From contig JAFATB010000023.1 in assembly GCA_019244185.1 (NCBI GenBank), forward strand, positions 128,001-192,000: a DNA stretch of 64,000 nucleotides, read 5' to 3'. The position numbers and the translations under genes were made by a program. Below, in pieces: positions 9,154 to 18,860 of the stretch (position 1 is its first letter; every line of letters begins with the position of its first letter). A model generated the notes under the pieces. It did no database searches. It was not told the DNA's origin and was given only the letters and a program-made list of their open reading frames with translations. Source of the DNA: Acidobacteriota bacterium (GTDB lineage: Bacteria; Acidobacteriota; Thermoanaerobaculia; Gp7-AA8).

Positions 9154-10212
9154 ATGCGGGCTCGCCCCTGGATGTTCGTGTCGGCGGCGTGGATCGGTCC
9201 GGCGCTCCTGGGCGCGATCAACGAGATCGCGCAGCATCGCCTCAGCGGCGAGCCGATCGACGTGCGCGCGGTGTTGTTCACGAGCCTCGACTGGCTGCTC
9301 TACGCGTTCCTGACGCCGTTCGTCTTCGCCCTCGCGGCGCGCTGGCCGCTGGTGCGCCCGCACCTCGCGACGCGCGCGCTGCTGCATCTCGGTTTCGCGC
9401 TGCTCTTCTGCGCGTTGTGGGCGGGCGCGGGCACGTTGCTGAAGATGACGTTGCAGCCGGACGCGTTGTGGGGAACGCCGGCGGTGCACTTCACGCGCTG
9501 GCTCTTCATCACCCTTCCGTTCGGCGTCGCGGTGTATCTCGCGGTGGTGGGCATCGAGCACGCGATCCGCTACTTCGTGGCGACGGCGCGGCTCTCGGAG
9601 CAACTCTCGAGCGCGCGGCTCGCGGCGCTGCAGGCGCGCGTGAATCCGCACTTTCTCTTCAACACGCTGAACACGATCGGCGTGCTGGTGCGCGACGGCG
9701 ATCAACCGGCGGCGACGCGCATCCTCGAGCAGTTCAGCGACGTGATGCGCCGGACGCTGCGCCGCCGCGCGCACGAGGTGCTGCTCGGCGACGAGCTGGA
9801 GCTCGTGCATCAATACCTCGCCATCGAGCAGGCGCGCTTCGCGGACCGCCTGCGCGCGGAGTTCGAAATCGACGATGCGGCGCTCTCGGCCGCGGTGCCG
9901 AGCTTCGCCGTCCAGCAGCTCGTCGAGAACGCGATCCGCCACGGCATCGCGAAGAGTCCCGAAGGCGGAACGGTGCGCGTGCATGCGCGGCGGGAACGGG
10001 ACATCGTGATCATCGAGGTCATCGACGACGGCGCGGGGCTCACCGGCGATCCGTACGTCGCGGGACACGCGATCGAAAACACGCGCGAGCGCCTGCGCGC
10101 GCTGCACGGCGACCGCGCCTCGCTCGTCATCGCGCCGCATCCGCCGCGCGGCACGATCGCGTCGATGCGCCTGCCGTATCGCGAAGTGGTGCTGGAGGCG
10201 GACGTTGGCTGA
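9154..10212 (+). CDS. LytS-family sensor histidine kinase
   Basis: LQARVNPHFLFNTLN, QQLVENAIRHG; N-terminal TM helices. Confidence 0.9.
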   Translation: MRARPWMFVSAAWIGPALLGAINEIAQHRLSGEPIDVRAVLFTSLDWLLYAFLTPFVFALAARWPLVRPHLATRALLHLGFALLFCALWAGAGTLLKMTLQPDALWGTPAVHFTRWLFITLPFGVAVYLAVVGIEHAIRYFVATARLSEQLSSARLAALQARVNPHFLFNTLNTIGVLVRDGDQPAATRILEQFSDVMRRTLRRRAHEVLLGDELELVHQYLAIEQARFADRLRAEFEIDDAALSAAVPSFAVQQLVENAIRHGIAKSPEGGTVRVHARRERDIVIIEVIDDGAGLTGDPYVAGHAIENTRERLRALHGDRASLVIAPHPPRGTIASMRLPYREVVLEADVG

Positions 10213-10918
10213 GCGCCGCGTGCTCATCGCCGACGACGAGCCGGCGGCGCGGCGCGGCGTCCGCCAGCTCCTCGGTCGCTACGAGCGTTTCGTCGTCGCG
10301 GGCGAATGCCGCAACGGCGCCGAGGTGCTGGCCGCGCTCGACGCGGTGCAGCCGGACGTCATCTTTCTCGACGTGCAGATGCCGGGTATCGATGCGTTCG
10401 AGGTGATCCGCCGCCGCACGCCGGCACGGATGCCGATCGTGGTCTTCCTCACGGCGTACGACGACTATGCGATCCGCGCGTTCGAGGTGCAGGCGCTCGA
10501 CTATCTCGTCAAGCCGGTGTCCGATGCGCGCTTCGCGGTGACGATGGAGCGCGTCGCGCGCCAGCTCGACGCGTCGCCGGCGCAGCCGCCCGGCTTCGTC
10601 ATCACGACGGCGAGCGGCGTGACGGTGCTGCCGCTGCACGACATCGACTGGATCGAAGCGGCCGGCACGTACGCGCGGCTCTGGAGCGGCCGGCGCAGCT
10701 ATCTGATCCGGCAATCGCTGCGCGACCTCGAAGGACGTCTCCGCGCGCACGGCTTCGCACGCGCGCACCGGCGCGCGCTGGTCTGCCTCGACCGCATTCG
10801 CGCGCTCACCGCGCGCACGGCGGTGCTGGCGTCAGGCGCGGCGATCGAGGTCTCGCGCCGGCAGCGCGCGGCGTTCGCCGAGGCGCTGCGCGCGCGCGGC
10901 AACGTTGCGCGTCGGTGA
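10205..10918 (+). CDS. LytTR family response regulator
   Basis: IADDE, FLDVQMP, TAYD, YLVKP receiver motifs; FARAHR LytTR motif. Confidence 0.9.
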   Translation: MAERRVLIADDEPAARRGVRQLLGRYERFVVAGECRNGAEVLAALDAVQPDVIFLDVQMPGIDAFEVIRRRTPARMPIVVFLTAYDDYAIRAFEVQALDYLVKPVSDARFAVTMERVARQLDASPAQPPGFVITTASGVTVLPLHDIDWIEAAGTYARLWSGRRSYLIRQSLRDLEGRLRAHGFARAHRRALVCLDRIRALTARTAVLASGAAIEVSRRQRAAFAEALRARGNVARR

Positions 10919-10963
10919 CGCCGGAATCGCTCGCGTGCACTGCGTGCGATACGATCCCGCGCC

Positions 10964-11590
10964 GTGCGCCGCCTGATTCCTCTTCTCCTCGTGCTGCTCG
11001 CTGCCTGTTCCGCGCCCTCCCCGCAGCCGGCGGTCATGGCGCCGCCGCCCGCCGCGCCCGCGCCGCCGCCATTCGAGGAGCACGTGATCGGCAGCGTGCG
11101 CGTCACCGCGTCGGCGCTCAACGTGCGGCGCGAGGCGAACGTCGACGCCGACGTCATCGTGCAGAAGAAGAAAGGCGACGCGCTCGACGTCCTCGCGAGC
11201 GACGAGAGCTGGACGAAGGTGCGGCTCGAGGACGGTACCGTCGGCTGGGTGGCGTCGCGCTTCGTGAGCTCGGGGAGCGTGGCGACGAAGACGAAAAGCG
11301 CGTCCGGCGCGAGCAAGCGCAAGAGCGGGTGCCCCGCGGATTCCGACTACGCGTTCGTGCAGGCGCCGGTGCTCGCGTTTGCCGAACATGGCGCGCACGG
11401 ACTCGTGGTTGTCGAGGCGAACGTGAACGCGAGCGGCAAAGTGACGTCGACGAAGATCGTCTCGAACTCGACCGGCGACGATGCGCTCGGCCACATGGCC
11501 GAGCGCGAGATCGCCACCGCGAAGTTCTCGCCGCCGATCCGCAACTGCGTCGCGCGCCGTTTCATCTTCACGTACCGGCGCACGTTCTGA
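10964..11590 (+). CDS. Lipoprotein with SH3b domain and TonB C-terminal-like domain
   Basis: LLAAC lipobox; LNVR...WTKVRLEDGTVGWV; GLVVVEANVNASGKV...AKFSP. Confidence 0.75.
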   Translation: MRRLIPLLLVLLAACSAPSPQPAVMAPPPAAPAPPPFEEHVIGSVRVTASALNVRREANVDADVIVQKKKGDALDVLASDESWTKVRLEDGTVGWVASRFVSSGSVATKTKSASGASKRKSGCPADSDYAFVQAPVLAFAEHGAHGLVVVEANVNASGKVTSTKIVSNSTGDDALGHMAEREIATAKFSPPIRNCVARRFIFTYRRTF

Positions 11591-11597
11591 CGCGAAC

Positions 11598-13070
11598 CTA
11601 TTCGCGCTCGATGGTGATGTTGCCGTTCGAGCTGCGCAGATCGAGGCGGCAGCCGCCGCGGCCGATCGTGCCGACGAGGCTGTCTTCGCGCGCCGCGTTC
11701 GTCGTCACCGGGACGGCGCTGGTGATGTGGCCGAACGTCGTGCGCGCGTTGAGGTCGTAGCCGACCTCGCCCGGCACCGCGACCTTGATCGAGCTGAAGC
11801 TCGTCTCGAGCGAGACCGGATGGCAGCCGCCGCGCAGGCCGCGCACGGAGATCGCGCCGTTCGAGTTGTCGACGTCGACCGCGCCGCCGATGCCGTCGAG
11901 GAACACCGAGGCGAACGAGGTCGAGACCTTCGCGCCGCCGGAGATCTCCTGCAGCGTCACGGTGCCGTTCGCGTTGCGCACGTCGGCCGAGCCGCGCACG
12001 CGCTCGGCGTGCACGCTGCCGAAGCGGTTCTCGGCGTTGAAGGTGCCGTTGATGTCGCTCGCCTTCACGTTGCCGTTCGCGTCGGTGATCGTCGCGGCGC
12101 CGGCGTTCTGCACGGTGATGCTGCCGAAGGTCGTGTCGATGCGCACGCTGCCGCCGATCGTCTTCGCATCGACCGACGCGTTCTCGCCGTTGACCGTGAG
12201 GCTGCCGCGCACGGAGTCGACCTTCGCGGTGCCGAACGTGTCGCGCAGCGTGGCCGAGCCGGTGACGTTCGACAGGTCGATGCGGCCGTTGACGGACGTG
12301 ACGTCGGCGTTGCCGCTGACCGTCGACGCGCGCACGTTGCCGAACGACGTCGACGCTTTCAGCCCGCCGGTGACGTCCATCGCCTCGATGTTGCCGTTCG
12401 CGTTCGTGATCGTCGCGCCGCGCTGCACGTCGGAGACGACGATGTTGCCGAAGCGATTCGACACGCTCAGCGCGCCGTCGACGGTGCGCACGGTGACCGA
12501 GCCGTTGCTGTTCGTCACAGCGAGCTCGCCGTGCGTGTCGGTGGCCTCGATCGCGCCGAAGGAGTTCGTCAGCGTCAGCGGTCCGCGCGAGTCGTCGACG
12601 CGGATCGAGCCCTGGCTGTTGCCGAGCGTGCTGGTCGCGGCGAGGCCGCGCGCGTCGATGTTGCCGAAGCGGTTCTGCGCGCGCAGCGGCGCGTTGGCGG
12701 GCAGCGTCACGCTCATGTCCACCGAATACGAGATGTTGCCGTGGAAATTGTGCAGCTCCGGGAACTCGGTGCGGATCGAGACGCCGCTCGCGCTCGAGCC
12801 GGCGACGATGTGAATCCGTTTGCCGATCTCGGGATCGGACGAGCGGATCGTGGCGCGCACCTCGACGGTCGCCTCGCTGTGCGTGCGCACCGTGAGCGTG
12901 CCGAAGCGGTGATCGACGTCGACGCGTCCGCCGGTGAATGGAAAGTCCTTGCCGTACTTCAGCTCGAAGCGGCCTTCGTCGAGATCGTCCGCCGCGCGGA
13001 GCGGCGCGGCCGCGATGAAGAGGAGAAGCAGCGCGGCGAGCGCGCGCAGTGCATTACTGGTTCGAAACAT
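11598..13070 (-). CDS. DUF4097-family beta-strand repeat protein
   Basis: Signal peptide; alternating N.FG.I and N.NG.I repeats; third gene of the ECF operon. Confidence 0.8.
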   Translation of the reverse strand: MFRTSNALRALAALLLLFIAAAPLRAADDLDEGRFELKYGKDFPFTGGRVDVDHRFGTLTVRTHSEATVEVRATIRSSDPEIGKRIHIVAGSSASGVSIRTEFPELHNFHGNISYSVDMSVTLPANAPLRAQNRFGNIDARGLAATSTLGNSQGSIRVDDSRGPLTLTNSFGAIEATDTHGELAVTNSNGSVTVRTVDGALSVSNRFGNIVVSDVQRGATITNANGNIEAMDVTGGLKASTSFGNVRASTVSGNADVTSVNGRIDLSNVTGSATLRDTFGTAKVDSVRGSLTVNGENASVDAKTIGGSVRIDTTFGSITVQNAGAATITDANGNVKASDINGTFNAENRFGSVHAERVRGSADVRNANGTVTLQEISGGAKVSTSFASVFLDGIGGAVDVDNSNGAISVRGLRGGCHPVSLETSFSSIKVAVPGEVGYDLNARTTFGHITSAVPVTTNAAREDSLVGTIGRGGCRLDLRSSNGNITIERE

Positions 13071-13686
13071 GGTTGTCCTCCCGCAGCACGTCCTGGAGCG
13101 TCTGCTGTTTTTCCGAATACATGGCCAGCAGCTGCTTGCGGAGATGCGCGTTCTGTCGGTTGCGGTCGATGTTGGCCTGGCATTCGGCGATGGCTTCATC
13201 GAGCAGCATCAGTTTTTCCTTGTACGAGACGATGAGGGGCGACTCGGCCTCTTCGAGCTTCGGCGCGGCGAGGCGTTCGAGCCGGTGGATGGCGGCGACG
13301 TGCGTGTGCTCGGCGCGTTCGACCTCGTCCATCGCCTCGCTGCGAAGGATGGCGTTGTCGAACGAGGTCTCGTGCACCTGCACGCGCAGCGCGTAGTACA
13401 GCGGTCCGCCGAGCACGGCGAGCAGCGCGGCGGCGGCGGCGTAGCGTCGCACGCGGCCGAGGGGCGAGCGCCGGCGCTCGTCCCGCAGCGCGCGCTCGAT
13501 GCGCGGCCAGAGCAGATCGTTGTCCCAAGTCGCGTGGAGCGACGCCGCGGTGGTGGAGAGCTCGTTCCACTCCCGCAGTTTCTCCGCGCACGCGGGGCAG
13601 TCGTTCGCGTGCCGCGCCGCCGTCTCCATGGCGAGGGGCGAGGCGTCGAACAGCAGGTCGTCGAGCTGCGAGCAGTTGATGTTCAT
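13054..13686 (-). CDS. Zinc-binding anti-sigma factor (HxxxCxxC) with TM helix
   Basis: CSQL...HANDCPAC, one TM helix; directly after the ECF sigma gene. Confidence 0.8.
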   Translation of the reverse strand: MNINCSQLDDLLFDASPLAMETAARHANDCPACAEKLREWNELSTTAASLHATWDNDLLWPRIERALRDERRRSPLGRVRRYAAAAALLAVLGGPLYYALRVQVHETSFDNAILRSEAMDEVERAEHTHVAAIHRLERLAAPKLEEAESPLIVSYKEKLMLLDEAIAECQANIDRNRQNAHLRKQLLAMYSEKQQTLQDVLREDNHVSNQ

Positions 13687-14270
13687 TGGGGTCGCTTCCA
13701 CTTCTCCTGGAGCTCTTTCTTCGTGGCGAAGAGAATCCATTTCGAGTTGCCTTCGGTGATGCCGAGGATGTGGCCGATCTCGGCGTGGCTCAGCCCTTCG
13801 ATCTCGAAGAGCGTGAAGACGCTGCGGCGCTGCTCCGGCAGCTCGCGCAGAAGCTTGAGCAGCGTGATGCGTTTCGCGTCGTCGACGGTGAGCGCGGTGC
13901 GCGTGAGCGATTCGACTTCTTCTTCGAGCGGCAGGTCGTCGAGGCGGCGCTTCCGCTTGCGCAGCACGTCGTAGCAGGTGTTGACGAGGATGCGGTACAG
14001 CCACGTGGCGAACGAGGCCTCGCCGGTATACGTTTTCGCCGCGCGGTGCACTTTGAGAAACGTCTCCTGCACCGCATCCTCGGCATCGGAGACGTTGCCG
14101 AGGTGGTTCCAGGCGATGCTCTTCATCTTGTCGCCGAAGCGGTGGTAGAGGTCCTCGAAGACGCGCGTGTCGCCGGCGGCGCACGCAGCCGCGAGGCGCT
14201 GGTCGTCCGCGTTCGCGGAGGAGCCCGCGGGTGGGACGGAGACGAAGCCGGTCATTGCCGCCTGAAGCAT
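13683..14270 (-). CDS. ECF RNA polymerase sigma factor
   Basis: DAEDAVQETFLK, FATWLYRILVN, EGLSHAEIGHILGITEGNSK. Confidence 0.92.
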   Translation of the reverse strand: MLQAAMTGFVSVPPAGSSANADDQRLAAACAAGDTRVFEDLYHRFGDKMKSIAWNHLGNVSDAEDAVQETFLKVHRAAKTYTGEASFATWLYRILVNTCYDVLRKRKRRLDDLPLEEEVESLTRTALTVDDAKRITLLKLLRELPEQRRSVFTLFEIEGLSHAEIGHILGITEGNSKWILFATKKELQEKWKRPQ

Positions 14271-14281
14271 GTCTGGTCGAG

Positions 14282-14309
14282 TAGACGTGCCGTCCGGCGA
14301 AACGTTAGA
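14282..14309 (-). promoter_or_regulatory. Putative autoregulatory ECF promoter
   Basis: TCTAAC-N16-CGTCTA just upstream of the sigma gene; matches the general AAC/CGT ECF pattern. Confidence 0.55.
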
Positions 14310-14318
14310 AGATGGCGC

Positions 14319-15200
14319 CTACAGCTCATCGATCGACTTCGGCCAGTCGCCTTTCAGCAGACGCGAGAGCGCGCGATCGGCGAGAAGGCGCCCGTCGGTC
14401 TGGCAGCGCGCGCAATAGTTCGTCTCGTTCTCGGCGTAGACGATGCGCTGCACGGGCGAGCCGCAAACGGGACACGGCTGGTCGTAGCGCCCGTGCACGG
14501 CCATCTCGGGGCGGAACGCGGTGACTTTCTCGGGGAAGCGTTCGCCCGCGTCGGCGCGCAGGCGATCGGTCCATTCGATGAGCGTCGCGCGCATGGCGTC
14601 GTAGAGGCGCGCGAGCTCGTCGTCGGAGAGGTTCGTCGTCAGCTGCACCGGCGAGAGACGCGCGCGATGCAGCAGCTCGTCGGAGTACGCGTTGCCGATG
14701 CCGCTGAAGACGTGCGGATCGGTGAGCGTGCGTTTGAGCGTGTGGCGTTCGCGCGTCAGCGCGGCGCGGAACGTGTCGAAGTCGATTTCCAGCGGCTCGA
14801 GTCCTCCCGGATCGAGCGCGCGCAGCGCGTCTTCGCCGCGCACGATGTGAATCGACGCGCGCCGCTTCGAGCCCGCTTCGGTGAGGACGAGCGTGCCGCC
14901 ATCGAAGTCGAACGCCGCGAGGCCGAGCTTTCCCGGAACTTTCGCGCCGGGAGGAAGCCAGCGAAAGCGCCCGGCGATCATCAGATGGATGACGATGAAG
15001 AGCTCGTCTTCGAGCGCGATGACGATGCGCTTGCCGAGCCGGCGCAACTCGCGGACGCGCTTGCCTTCGACATCGCGCGGACCAGGCTCGACGGTGCGCA
15101 AGACGAATGGGTTGGCGAGCCGGACCTTATGGAGCGTCGTGCCGGCGATCCGCGCCGTCAGCGCCTCCACATAGATCGTGACATCGGGAAGTTCAGGCAC
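14319..15200 (-). CDS. Fpg/Nei family DNA glycosylase
   Basis: N-terminal PELP, HLMIAG, GIGNAYSDE, C-terminal CPVC...CARCQ zinc finger. Confidence 0.92.
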   Translation of the reverse strand: MPELPDVTIYVEALTARIAGTTLHKVRLANPFVLRTVEPGPRDVEGKRVRELRRLGKRIVIALEDELFIVIHLMIAGRFRWLPPGAKVPGKLGLAAFDFDGGTLVLTEAGSKRRASIHIVRGEDALRALDPGGLEPLEIDFDTFRAALTRERHTLKRTLTDPHVFSGIGNAYSDELLHRARLSPVQLTTNLSDDELARLYDAMRATLIEWTDRLRADAGERFPEKVTAFRPEMAVHGRYDQPCPVCGSPVQRIVYAENETNYCARCQTDGRLLADRALSRLLKGDWPKSIDEL

Positions 15201-15221
15201 TCGATCTTCATTATCAGTCTC

Positions 15222-15824
15222 ATGCGCACATTCGGGGTACTGCTGGCCGGCTGGCTCGTCGGCGCGGGTGTCGTCGTCGCACTCGCGGCGCCGCGGCGTG
15301 CGTCCGCGCCAGCACCGGTCGCGCACGCGCGGCTCACCGTCGTTTCGGCGGCGCCGCCGGTCGCATCGACGGACAACGGCGCCGAGCTGCTCATCCCGGT
15401 GCGCGGCGTCGTCGCGAGCGAACTGCACGACACGTACGCGCAGGCGCGCAGCGGCGGACGCGTGCACGACGCGATCGACATCCTCGCGCCGCGCGGCACG
15501 CCGGTCATCGCGGCCGTCGACGGCACGATCCGCAAGCTCTTCACGAGCAACGCGGGCGGGCTCACGATCTACGAGTTCGATCGCGACGCGCAGCGCGTCT
15601 ACTACTACGCGCATCTCGACAGCTACGCGGACGGACTCGCGGAAGGTCTCGTCGTCACGCGCGGCACGGTGATCGGCTACGTCGGCACGACCGGCAACGC
15701 GCCGGCGAACACGCCGCATCTCCACTTCGCGATCGAAACGCTGCCGCCGACGAAAGAGTGGTGGAAGGGTACGCCGCTCAATCCGTATCCGCTGCTCACG
15801 ACACGCGCTGCAACGCTTCCTTGA
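15222..15824 (+). CDS. M23 family metallopeptidase
   Basis: HDAID, YYAHL, GTTGNA...PHLHF. Confidence 0.9.
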   Translation: MRTFGVLLAGWLVGAGVVVALAAPRRASAPAPVAHARLTVVSAAPPVASTDNGAELLIPVRGVVASELHDTYAQARSGGRVHDAIDILAPRGTPVIAAVDGTIRKLFTSNAGGLTIYEFDRDAQRVYYYAHLDSYADGLAEGLVVTRGTVIGYVGTTGNAPANTPHLHFAIETLPPTKEWWKGTPLNPYPLLTTRAATLP

Positions 15825-16665
15825 CCTGCGCCGAGTCTGGCGCGAGCGCGAGCGCTTTCCCGTAGCTCTGCTTCGCCTCCGCCTTCTTTCCCATCTTTTC
15901 CTGCAGACGTCCGAGCCAGTACCACGCGCTGGCCAGATTCGGCTCATCCATCGCCGGCGTGTACGCCAGATACTTCCGCAGCGACTCCTCGGCACGCGCG
16001 TAGTTCGTCTCCGCGTTCACGGCGTTCTGGCCGATGCGAAAGTACGCGGGCATGTACTTCGGGTCGAGCTCGAGGGCCATGTCGAACTCGTGCAGCGAGC
16101 CGCTCCAGTTCTTGTCGTTGCTCATGAGGAACACGCCGAGGATGTAGTGCGCTTTCGCGGACTTCGGCTGCTCGCGGACGGCGTCGACGACTTCCTTGCG
16201 CGCAACGTCGGGCTTCTTCTGATGGAGATAGACGCGCGCGAAGGCGCGGTGGCCGTCGAGCGCGTCGCGCTTGCGGATCTCGCCAGCCTGCGCGAGCGCC
16301 TTCTCTTCGCTGCCGCCCATGAAGCCGGGCGCGAAGAGGTAGTAGTCGATGAGCGACATGCGCGCGTCGATGAGATTCGGATCGAGCTGCACGGCGCGCT
16401 CGAATTCTTCTTTCGTCTTCTTCGCGAGTCCCGCCTTGCTGAAGAGACTGGCCTTCTGCGCGAGCGTGCCGTACGCCTCGCCGAGCATGAGGTGATAGCG
16501 CGCGTTGTTCGGATCGGAGGCGACGGCTTTCTCGTACGCCGCGGCCGCGGCGTCAGCGTCACCGCGCATCAGCGCCGCGTTTCCCGCCGCGGCAAGCTCA
16601 GGAGCGGTCGCCGCGGCCAGGCGGACGGAGAGCAGGCAAACGCCGACAACGATGAGCTTGCGCAT
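15796..16665 (-). CDS. Secreted TPR-repeat protein
   Basis: Signal peptide; multiple TPRs (YEKAVASDPNNARYH, FERAVQLDPN). Confidence 0.85.
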   Translation of the reverse strand: MRKLIVVGVCLLSVRLAAATAPELAAAGNAALMRGDADAAAAAYEKAVASDPNNARYHLMLGEAYGTLAQKASLFSKAGLAKKTKEEFERAVQLDPNLIDARMSLIDYYLFAPGFMGGSEEKALAQAGEIRKRDALDGHRAFARVYLHQKKPDVARKEVVDAVREQPKSAKAHYILGVFLMSNDKNWSGSLHEFDMALELDPKYMPAYFRIGQNAVNAETNYARAEESLRKYLAYTPAMDEPNLASAWYWLGRLQEKMGKKAEAKQSYGKALALAPDSAQVKEALQRVS

Positions 16666-16707
16666 GTGTCGTGTACGTAATTTGCTGATGTCTGGTTTCA
16701 CCATAGA

Positions 16708-18672
16708 ATGACCGCCCCGCAGATGACGACGGAGACGCTTTCCCGTACAGAGACCGGCGAGCGCGCGACGATTCCCATTCTCGACGCAGCCGCGGTCGCG
16801 CAATCGTCGGAACAGGCACTCGCGCACGCACGCGAGCTGCTCGACCGCATCGCCGCCGCGCCGCTCGACGGCGCGAACGCCCAGACCGTACTCGACGCGT
16901 GGGACGACACCGCGCGCGTGCTCGAGGACGCATTCGGCCCGATCTCGCTGCTCAACAGCGTGCATCCCGACAAGAGCGTGCGCGACGCGTGCGACGGCGC
17001 ACTCGTCCACGAGTCGAGCTTCCTCACGGACGTCTTTCAGAACGAGGCGTTCTACGAGCGCGTGAAGCGCGTGCATCCGCACAGCGTCGCCGAGCGCGAG
17101 CTGCAGAAGCACCTCATCGAGGCGTTCGAGGACAGCGGCGTCTCGCTCGCGCCGGAAAAACGGCAGCGCTTCAAGGAGATCTCGGAACGCCTCACGGAGC
17201 TCGGTCAGGAGTTCGCGAAGAACATCCGCGAGAACGGCGAGCGCGTGCGCTTCACGGCCGAGGAATGCCGCGGCCTGCCGCAGGCGTGGCGCGACCGCCA
17301 GCCGCGCGACGAGCAAGGCAACATCGTGGTCGGCTTCGACTATCCCGACTACGTGCCGTTCATGATGAACGCGCTCGACGAGGACGCGCGGCGCCGCTAC
17401 TGGACGGCCAATACGCTCCGCGGCACGCCGCGCAATCTCGACGTGCTCGACGAGATCGTGTCGCTGCGCAAGGAGATCGCGGAGCTCTACGAGGTCCCGA
17501 GCTTCGCGCACTATGTGACGAAGCGCCGCATGGTGGAAAATCCGGAGACGGTCGCGCGCTTCCTCGACGACGTCCGCAGCGTGGTCACCGAAGCCGAACT
17601 GCGCGACCTCGGCCGCCTCGCCGAACTGAAAGCGGAGCTCTCCGGCGTCGACGTCGAAGACGCACGCGTCCAACGCTGGGACATCTCGTTCTACCGCGAA
17701 CGCCTCCGCGAACGCCGCTACGCCATCGACCAGGAGCAGCTGCGGAAGTATTTCCCGACGGAATCGACCGTGCGCTGGATGCTCGACATCAGCGAGCGGC
17801 TCTACAACGTGCGCTTCACCCGCGCGGACGTTCCCGTCTGGCACGACGAGGTGATCTACATCGACGTGCACGACGCCGCCACCGGCGCCCTCATCGGCGG
17901 CATTTATCTCGATCTCTATCCGCGCGACGGCAAGTACAAGCACGCCGCCGCGTGGCCCGTCCGCGGCGTGAGCCGCCGCACCGGCCGTAAGCCGATCAGC
18001 GTCCTCGTCACCAACTTCAATCGCCAGGGCCTCACGCACGACGAGCTCGAAACGCTGCTCCACGAGTTCGGTCACGTGCTGCACGGCGTGCTCTCGAACA
18101 CGCATTACCTCGCGCACGCCGGCACGTCCGTCCAACGCGATTTCGTGGAAGCGCCCTCGCAAATGTACGAGGAGTGGGCCAGCCGCATGGAGAGCCTCTC
18201 GCTCCTCCGCGCGCACTGCGCCGATTGCCCGCAGATCGATCAGTCGCTCGTCGAGCGCCTCAAATCCGCGAAGAAATTCGGCGCGGGCATCGACTACGGC
18301 CGCCAGCTGCTCTACGCCTCGTTCGACATGGAGCTCTCCAACGAACATCCCGGCCGCTGCCTCGAGGTCTGGGCGCGCATGGAAGGCCTCACACCCATGG
18401 GCCACGTCGACGGCACGCAGTTCCCCGGAACCTTCGAGCACATCGCGTCCGGTTATGCCGCGGGCTACTACGGCTACATGTGGGCGAAGGTGATCGCCCT
18501 CGATCTGGTCTCGGCGTTCGGCACGGACCTCATGAACCGCGAGACCGGCCGCCGCTTCCGCGAGATGATCCTCAGCCGCGGCAGCGAAGAACCCGCCCGC
18601 GATCTCATCGAACGCTTCCTCGGCCGCCCCGTCGCCAGCGACGCGTTCTTCTCGCACATCATCGGGTCGTGA
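16708..18672 (+). CDS. M3 family oligopeptidase (thimet/oligopeptidase A)
   Basis: LLHEFGHVLH, DFVEAPSQ, GYAAGYYGYMW. Confidence 0.92.
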   Translation: MTAPQMTTETLSRTETGERATIPILDAAAVAQSSEQALAHARELLDRIAAAPLDGANAQTVLDAWDDTARVLEDAFGPISLLNSVHPDKSVRDACDGALVHESSFLTDVFQNEAFYERVKRVHPHSVAERELQKHLIEAFEDSGVSLAPEKRQRFKEISERLTELGQEFAKNIRENGERVRFTAEECRGLPQAWRDRQPRDEQGNIVVGFDYPDYVPFMMNALDEDARRRYWTANTLRGTPRNLDVLDEIVSLRKEIAELYEVPSFAHYVTKRRMVENPETVARFLDDVRSVVTEAELRDLGRLAELKAELSGVDVEDARVQRWDISFYRERLRERRYAIDQEQLRKYFPTESTVRWMLDISERLYNVRFTRADVPVWHDEVIYIDVHDAATGALIGGIYLDLYPRDGKYKHAAAWPVRGVSRRTGRKPISVLVTNFNRQGLTHDELETLLHEFGHVLHGVLSNTHYLAHAGTSVQRDFVEAPSQMYEEWASRMESLSLLRAHCADCPQIDQSLVERLKSAKKFGAGIDYGRQLLYASFDMELSNEHPGRCLEVWARMEGLTPMGHVDGTQFPGTFEHIASGYAAGYYGYMWAKVIALDLVSAFGTDLMNRETGRRFREMILSRGSEEPARDLIERFLGRPVASDAFFSHIIGS

Positions 18673-18704
18673 CGCGGTCGCGGTGGCGACAGAGAACCGG
18701 ACCG

Positions 18705-18857
18705 GGAGCGCCTCCGGCGGGGCGGCACGGCCGCCAGCGCTAAGGGCCTAGCCTAGACGCACGTGCGGTCGCGGTTAACGTCGTTGACTGCAGCCGCACG
18801 TGCGTACTGGCTAAGCCCTTAGCGCTGGCGGCCGCGCCGCCCCGCCGGAGGCGCTCC
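18705..18857. repeat. 153-bp imperfect palindrome between convergent genes
   Basis: Arms of ~76 bp (GGAGCGCCTCCGGCGGGGCGGC...AACG / CGTT...GCCGCCCCGCCGGAGGCGCTCC) around a single central base. Confidence 0.9.
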
Positions 18858-18860
18858 TCG

